In this document: positions 59,022 to 64,000 of the stretch, one piece after another
How positions within the stretch are numbered: the first letter of the stretch is position 1
How the letters are laid out: each line of letters begins with the position of its first letter
From: Deltaproteobacteria bacterium
GTDB taxonomy: Bacteria > Myxococcota_A > UBA9160 > SMWR01
Length of the DNA stretch: 64,000 nucleotides
NCBI GenBank assembly: GCA_032128115.1
Contig: JAQBHB010000022.1
Coordinates: forward strand, 1 to 64,000
Direction: 5' to 3'
Program-made: the position numbers and the translations under genes
The notes under the pieces: model-generated
The model's input: only the letters and a program-made list of their open reading frames with translations
What the model was told of the DNA's origin: nothing
The model's database searches: none

Positions 59022-60377
59022 CTAAACCATTCGATCCAGCAGCAGGGTCGCGATTCCCAGGAAGGAGAAGAAGGCGAATACATCGGTAAACGTGGTCACG
59101 ATCACACCCGATCCCAGCGCCGGGTCGAGCCGCACCGCCTTGAGCGCCAGGGGCACCGCGGCACCCAGCAGGCCGGCGACCGACATGCTGATCAGCAGTG
59201 CCAGGAACAGCGCCAGCCCCAGCCACGGTCCGCCCAACCACAGATAGGCGAAGGCGGCGCTCACCGCGCCGGTGAGCGCCCCCATGATCAGCCCCACCGA
59301 CAGCTCCTTGGCGGCGGCGCGAAGCCCGCTGGAGAACTCGATCTCGTTCAGGGCGATTGCGCGGGTGATCACCGTCAACGCCTGGGTACCGCCGTTGCCG
59401 GCCATGCCGGCGACTACCGGCATGAACACGGCCAGGGCGACCACCTGCTCGAGCGTGCGCTCGAACAACCCCACCACCCAGGCGGCCAGGAAGCACGTCA
59501 GAAGGTTCACCAGCATCCAGGGCAGGCGCGAGCGCACCGAGAGGTGGGTCGGACTGAAGACCCGGTCCTGTTCCGAGAGTCCCGCCAGGTGGTAGATGTC
59601 TTCGGTGGCCTCTTCGGTAATCACGTCGATCACGTCGTCCACGGTGATCACGCCGAGCATGCGGTGGTCCACGTCGGTCACGGGCACGGCCAACAGGTCG
59701 TACCGGCGCACTACCCGGGCCACTTCTTCCTGGTCGTCATCGGCGCGCACGCTCACCGGATCGGGGATCATCAACTCCCCGATGCTGCGATCCGGGGCCG
59801 CCGCGACCAGGCGTCGGATGGGCACCACTCCGCGCAGGGTACGCTGATCGTCCACTACGTAGAGGTAGAGGATGGCCTCCTCGTCCTCGCTCCCGGCGGA
59901 TCGGATCGAATCGATCGCTTCCTGCGCGGTCATCTTCTCCTCGAGCGCAACGAAGCGGGTGGTCATGACGCGACCGGCGCTGGCCTCGTTGTAGAGTCCG
60001 GCCCGGTGCAGCTCCGCCCGCTTGGAATCGGGCATGCGCTCCACCACGTCGGGCCGCCGCTCCTCGGGGATCGACTCCACCATCTCCAGCCGGTCGTCGA
60101 TCTCGAGCCGACCGAGCACGTCTGCCAGACGCTGGTCCGTCAGCATCTCGAGCACCTGCGGCAGCATCTCGGGCGGGATCTCCTTCAGGGTCCGGGCGGC
60201 GCGTCGTCGCCGGAACAGGAGCTCGATCACGGTGCGGATCTCATCGGGGCTCAGACCCGATAGGAGCGGGGCGATGTCGGCAGGGGGCATCCGCGCGAGC
60301 AGACGCTCGGCACGTGTGGTGACGCCGCTGGCCAGAAGCCGGCGCAGGATTCGAGTGGTGACTTCAGGTGTCGCCAT
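59022..60377 (-). CDS. mgtE: Magnesium transporter MgtE
   Basis: N-domain, CBS pair (SAGRVMT, LYVVD, GVITVDDV), SRLPW, AGNGGTQ, DPALGSG, TTFTDV. Confidence 0.96.
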   Translation of the reverse strand: MATPEVTTRILRRLLASGVTTRAERLLARMPPADIAPLLSGLSPDEIRTVIELLFRRRRAARTLKEIPPEMLPQVLEMLTDQRLADVLGRLEIDDRLEMVESIPEERRPDVVERMPDSKRAELHRAGLYNEASAGRVMTTRFVALEEKMTAQEAIDSIRSAGSEDEEAILYLYVVDDQRTLRGVVPIRRLVAAAPDRSIGELMIPDPVSVRADDDQEEVARVVRRYDLLAVPVTDVDHRMLGVITVDDVIDVITEEATEDIYHLAGLSEQDRVFSPTHLSVRSRLPWMLVNLLTCFLAAWVVGLFERTLEQVVALAVFMPVVAGMAGNGGTQALTVITRAIALNEIEFSSGLRAAAKELSVGLIMGALTGAVSAAFAYLWLGGPWLGLALFLALLISMSVAGLLGAAVPLALKAVRLDPALGSGVIVTTFTDVFAFFSFLGIATLLLDRMV

Positions 60378-60417
60378 TCCGCAGGTCCCCGATTCCGCCG
60401 CCGGGGCCCGGGTTGGC

Positions 60418-60468
60418 TCAGGCGATCGGAATCCGCGTTGGACGGTTCGGTTGGGGGTCCGGTCGCAT
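60418..60468 (-). promoter_or_regulatory. Candidate MgtL-like proline-rich leader peptide (MRPDPQPNRPTRIPIA) upstream of mgtE
   Basis: ATG preceded by AGGGAAGC; Pro at codons 3, 5, 7, 10 and 14; stop 40 nt before the mgtE ATG; its 3' end can pair with sequence next to the mgtE SD. Confidence 0.55.
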
Positions 60469-60577
60469 GCTTCCCTGGACTCGCCTTACTCGTGGATGAA
60501 CCCGACGATTACCGCACTTTCGGTCGATTGGCGAGTACGCTGGAAGGGCTCTGATAGGATCCGCACCGGAGGTCGAC

Positions 60578-63448
60578 GTGACTGCCCACCTCGTCGTCGT
60601 TCCCCACACCCACTGGGACCGGGAATGGTATCGGACGCGCGAACAGTTCCGGTTCCGACTGGTCCGGCTCCTCGACGGGCTGCTCGATCTGCTGGACCGC
60701 GACCCGGAGTTCCGCCACTTCACCCTGGACGGTCAGCTGGTGGTGGTGGACGACTACCTGGAGGTGCGCCCGGAGGCGCGCCAACGGCTGGCCGCGCACG
60801 TGCGCAGTGGCCGGCTGCTGGTGGGACCCTGGTACGTGCTGCCGGACGAATGGTTGGTCTCGGGCGAGGCGCTGATCCGCAACCTGCGACTCGGGCTGGA
60901 GCGCGCGTCGCTGCTGGGCGGCGCCATGCAGATCGGCTACGTGCCGGATCAGTTCGGCCACGTGGGTCAGCTTCCCCAGATCTTCGCCGGCTTCGGGTTC
61001 GACGCGGCCGTCCTGTGGCGCGGGGTGGGGCACGACGTAGCGGAGACGTTGTTCCGCTGGGAGTCCCCCGACGGTTCGGGCATCGACGCGGTGTACCTGG
61101 TGCACGGCTACGGCAACGCCATGCACCTGCCCCTGGAACGCGACGCATTGGCGGCCCGCCTGCAGGCGGTGGTGGGGGCCCTGAAGCAGCACTCGCGCGT
61201 TCCCAGCCTGCTGCTCATGAACGGCAGCGACCACCTGGAGCCGCAGCCGGGCCTTCCGGCCGCGCTGGCGGAGGCGGTGCCGCGGCTCGGGGACGCGAGC
61301 TTCGAGATCTCGACGCTGCCAGCATTCGTCGAGCGCGCACGGCGCGAGGTTTCGGGATCCCTGCCGCTCCACCGGGGCGAGCTGCGCTCGGGGCTGCGTT
61401 CGCCGCTGCTCGAGGGCTGCGCCTCGTCGCGGGCCGCACACAAGCGGATGGATTTCGCGAACGATCGCCTGCTCACGGCGTATGTGGAGCCGCTCTCTGC
61501 CTGGCTCCAGGCGCTCGGAGGCGATGCGGACCCGGGCATGATCGCGCTGGCCTGGCGCATCGCGCTGGAGAACCACCCCCACGACTCGATCTGCGGCTGC
61601 TCCATCGACGCCGTTCACGACGAGATGGACGTGCGTTTCGCCCGAGTCGATCAGATCGCCCAGAGCCATCTGCGGCGCGTGGCTGGCGAGCTGGCGCGAC
61701 GGGTAGCGACGTCGGTGGACGGGCCCGGCGATCGCATCGTGGTCTGGAACCCGGGCGCGGCGGGACGCGTCGCCGTCGAGGGCGAGCTCGAACTCGACCT
61801 TTCCACGGCGGGCCGGACCGGACGCGCCATCGCCGTGCATGTGCGCAACGCGGCGGGCCAGCGCATCCCGGCACACGCGGAGATCGTCGAGGCGGGCCGC
61901 GTGGAGGCCGCCTACACCCTGGAGCCCGGGGGCGCACGGGTCGTGGTGAACGGCTTCCCGCCGGAATTCATGGGGCAGTGGGTGCGCTCGCTGCGCTGGT
62001 GTCGGCGGGGCGACCGCTTGCTCGTGGACCTGGTGCTTGGATCCGACCCGCGGACCGGCTTCGATGGGGTGGCCGCCCGGGCCGCCTTCTGTCGGGCGCT
62101 CGATGAAGAAGCCGTGGGTCAGGTGGAATTCCGGGCCCTGCGTCTGCCGCGCGTCGCCGTGCGCTTCGCCGACGAATTGCCGGGCTGTGGGCTTCGCGAG
62201 TATCGCGTCGTGAAGGGACGTGCCGGTCGCGAGCCCCTTTTGTCCGAGACCACGCCCGACGGCGGCGCCGCCATCGAAAATCGCGACTGGCGAATCCAGG
62301 TGGACCCGGAAGGTCGGGTGTGCTGCATCCACCGGGCCTCGGGCGCCCGCATCGAGGACGCGGTGCGACTCGTGAGCGAGGGGGATCGGGGCGATTCCTA
62401 CAACTTCGATCCGGTGCCGGGGGACTCGGCGGTCGAGCGGCCGAAGTCGGTCCGCGTGCGGCTCGCGGCGTCGTCCGAAGCCCAGGTGGGGATACGGATC
62501 GAGGCCCGCTATCGGGTTCCGCGACAGCTCGAACCCGGCCGCGACCGGCGCTCGTCCCGAGAAACCTGGCTTCCCGTGCAACTGCTCTTGCGCCTCGGTC
62601 GCGATCTCGACCGGGTGGATCTCGAGATCGACGCGGACAACACGGCCCGCGATCATCGTCTGCGCGTTCACGTGCGGGCTCCGTTTTCCGCCACGCGCTT
62701 CGAGGTGGAGTCGGCCTTCGAGGTGGCCGAGCGGCCCATCGACCCGGCCCCCGGCGATTTCGGAAGCGCGCGGCCTGCGGAGTTTCCCATCGGCGCTACG
62801 CCCCAGCGGCGCTTCGCCACCCTCTCCGGGGACGAGGTGGCACTCACGCTGGCGAATCGGGGCTGCGCCGAGGTGGAGGCAGTGAGCGAGCCGGAAGGAT
62901 GCTCGTCGCTGGCCGTCACGTTGCTTCGAGCCACGGGCTGGTTGTCTCGCCAGGATCTGGCACTTCGCCCGGGCCATGCGGGGCCGCCCCTGGAGATCCC
63001 CGGTGCCCAGGTTCCGGGTCCCCACCGGGTGGAACTCTCGTGGCGGCTGCACCCGCCGGGCGATCCATCGCGCATTCCCGCGGCGCTCCACTTCGCCTGT
63101 CCCGCGTGGGCGTTCGCCGGTGAAGGGGACGACGGGGCGCCGCTGGCGGACGGCGCACGTCTGCTCCAGGTGGACGATCCCCAGGTGATCGTCTCGGCGA
63201 TCGAGCCGCGAGCGGATGGCGCGGCGTCGCTGCGCGTCTTCAACGCCGGGCGCGTGCCGGTGCGCACGCCGGTGACCTGGAACGGTCCCGGCGCCCGGAG
63301 CCTCGCCGTCGTGGATCTGGCGGGGCGACCGATCGATTCCGCGGATTTCGAGCCCGGCGATGGCGCGACGGGAACCTTGTCCCTGCGCGCGGGACAGATC
63401 CTCACCCTGTGCGCAGGCCCGGGCCCAAAGAACGTCCTCTCCCGGTAA
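60578..63448 (+). CDS. GH38 alpha-mannosidase (MngB-like)
   Basis: HTHWDREWY, FTLDGQ, GPWYVLPDE, SGEALIRNL, PDQFGH, NGSDH, HDSICGCS, TLLR; GGAGG SD. Confidence 0.93.
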   Translation: MTAHLVVVPHTHWDREWYRTREQFRFRLVRLLDGLLDLLDRDPEFRHFTLDGQLVVVDDYLEVRPEARQRLAAHVRSGRLLVGPWYVLPDEWLVSGEALIRNLRLGLERASLLGGAMQIGYVPDQFGHVGQLPQIFAGFGFDAAVLWRGVGHDVAETLFRWESPDGSGIDAVYLVHGYGNAMHLPLERDALAARLQAVVGALKQHSRVPSLLLMNGSDHLEPQPGLPAALAEAVPRLGDASFEISTLPAFVERARREVSGSLPLHRGELRSGLRSPLLEGCASSRAAHKRMDFANDRLLTAYVEPLSAWLQALGGDADPGMIALAWRIALENHPHDSICGCSIDAVHDEMDVRFARVDQIAQSHLRRVAGELARRVATSVDGPGDRIVVWNPGAAGRVAVEGELELDLSTAGRTGRAIAVHVRNAAGQRIPAHAEIVEAGRVEAAYTLEPGGARVVVNGFPPEFMGQWVRSLRWCRRGDRLLVDLVLGSDPRTGFDGVAARAAFCRALDEEAVGQVEFRALRLPRVAVRFADELPGCGLREYRVVKGRAGREPLLSETTPDGGAAIENRDWRIQVDPEGRVCCIHRASGARIEDAVRLVSEGDRGDSYNFDPVPGDSAVERPKSVRVRLAASSEAQVGIRIEARYRVPRQLEPGRDRRSSRETWLPVQLLLRLGRDLDRVDLEIDADNTARDHRLRVHVRAPFSATRFEVESAFEVAERPIDPAPGDFGSARPAEFPIGATPQRRFATLSGDEVALTLANRGCAEVEAVSEPEGCSSLAVTLLRATGWLSRQDLALRPGHAGPPLEIPGAQVPGPHRVELSWRLHPPGDPSRIPAALHFACPAWAFAGEGDDGAPLADGARLLQVDDPQVIVSAIEPRADGAASLRVFNAGRVPVRTPVTWNGPGARSLAVVDLAGRPIDSADFEPGDGATGTLSLRAGQILTLCAGPGPKNVLSR

Positions 63449-63554
63449 AGCTGCCGTCGGGCAGGCCCGATGAACAAGGCGAGTCGCCCCCCCTGAACTC
63501 CTCAGGCTCCGGGGGCTTGTCGTGTCGCGCGCGAATTACAGACGTACTGGAAGA

Positions 63555-64000
63555 TTGCAATCCCGTCCGAGCCTGCTGGCTGCGTTCGCCGTCTTCGCGG
63601 CGACGCTGGGCGCTGCGGGGTCGGAATCGCTGCTGCTCCTAGGGGCGCGCTCCGAGGGAAGTCGGCGCGTCATCATGCAGGACGAGTGGGCCCTGAGCCT
63701 GGCCGATATCCTGGGCTTCGACGCCGCACTCGGAGAGCATGATGGAGGCCCGGAGGCATTCGGCCTGTTGTGCCCCGATCAGTTGGAACGCGTCACCGAC
63801 TCCGGCGGACGCCGCGTGGGTGCGCGGTCGCCGCTGGACGTCCCCGTCGATCTGTCGGCGCCCCGGCGGCCGGGCGAGGGCGTTCGGGTCGTGGTGAACA
63901 TTCCGGCTCCCGCCCTGTACCGGTTGTCGGTGGAAGGCGCGGGCGCACAGCGCTGGAGCGTGGACGGTCGCACCCTGGATCACCTGGATCCGGCTGCACT
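63555..64000 (+). CDS. Hypothetical secreted protein, truncated by the window end
   Basis: Frame is open from TTG 63555 to the end (MQSRPSLLAAFAVFAATLGAAG...), with a signal-peptide-like N-terminus. It is absent from the ORF track because it has no stop in the window. Confidence 0.6.
   Translation, partial: MQSRPSLLAAFAVFAATLGAAGSESLLLLGARSEGSRRVIMQDEWALSLADILGFDAALGEHDGGPEAFGLLCPDQLERVTDSGGRRVGARSPLDVPVDLSAPRRPGEGVRVVVNIPAPALYRLSVEGAGAQRWSVDGRTLDHLDPAA

Noticed and set aside
60378..60577. M-box (ykoK) riboswitch upstream of mgtE
   Set aside because: I could not recognise the conserved M-box sequence blocks on the minus strand; an Infernal search would be needed to exclude it fully.
1..64000. 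Mobile element or genomic island boundaries, tRNA and rRNA genes
   Set aside because: I saw no integrase, transposase, att-like repeat, structural RNA gene or obvious composition shift.

Overview
High-GC bacterial DNA (roughly 70% GC by eye; gene content suggests a Myxococcota/Binatota-like deltaproteobacterium, which is inference only). Positions 1-39,165 form a dense, mixed-orientation envelope glycan assembly and tailoring locus. It holds seven GT-C-type integral membrane glycosyltransferases (GT39/ArnT-like, two with TPRs, one YfhO fused to a sulfatase-fold domain), two Dpm1-like GT2 enzymes (one fused to a methyltransferase), four alkaline-phosphatase/sulfatase-fold domains that all lack the formylglycine motif, two SGNH proteins, an AT3 acyltransferase, an SxtJ / carbamoyltransferase-methyltransferase fusion / DUF5989 cassette, two membrane 'spermidine synthase'-like proteins, a GMC-SDR fusion, a second SDR and a 2OG-Fe(II) oxygenase. 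Positions 39-64 kb are mostly housekeeping: a TPP enzyme, hppA, an APC permease, lipA-alaC-hom-thrC-ribE, an Nma111/Deg7-like protease, a fused IOR, a tandem glutaredoxin/GST-N protein, PP2C, an NMO/FabK-family enzyme, mgtE and a GH38 mannosidase. Small signals of note are an MgtL-like proline-patterned uORF with a stem next to the mgtE ribosome-binding site, an ABC-ATPase/GT2 chimera at the window start, a frameshifted SGNH paralog relic, a groES relic with 21-bp tandem repeats, and a Lys-to-Asn change in a conserved HppA motif. I saw no tRNA, rRNA, CRISPR array, transposase or integrase. All family calls come from motif recognition by eye; no database search was run.
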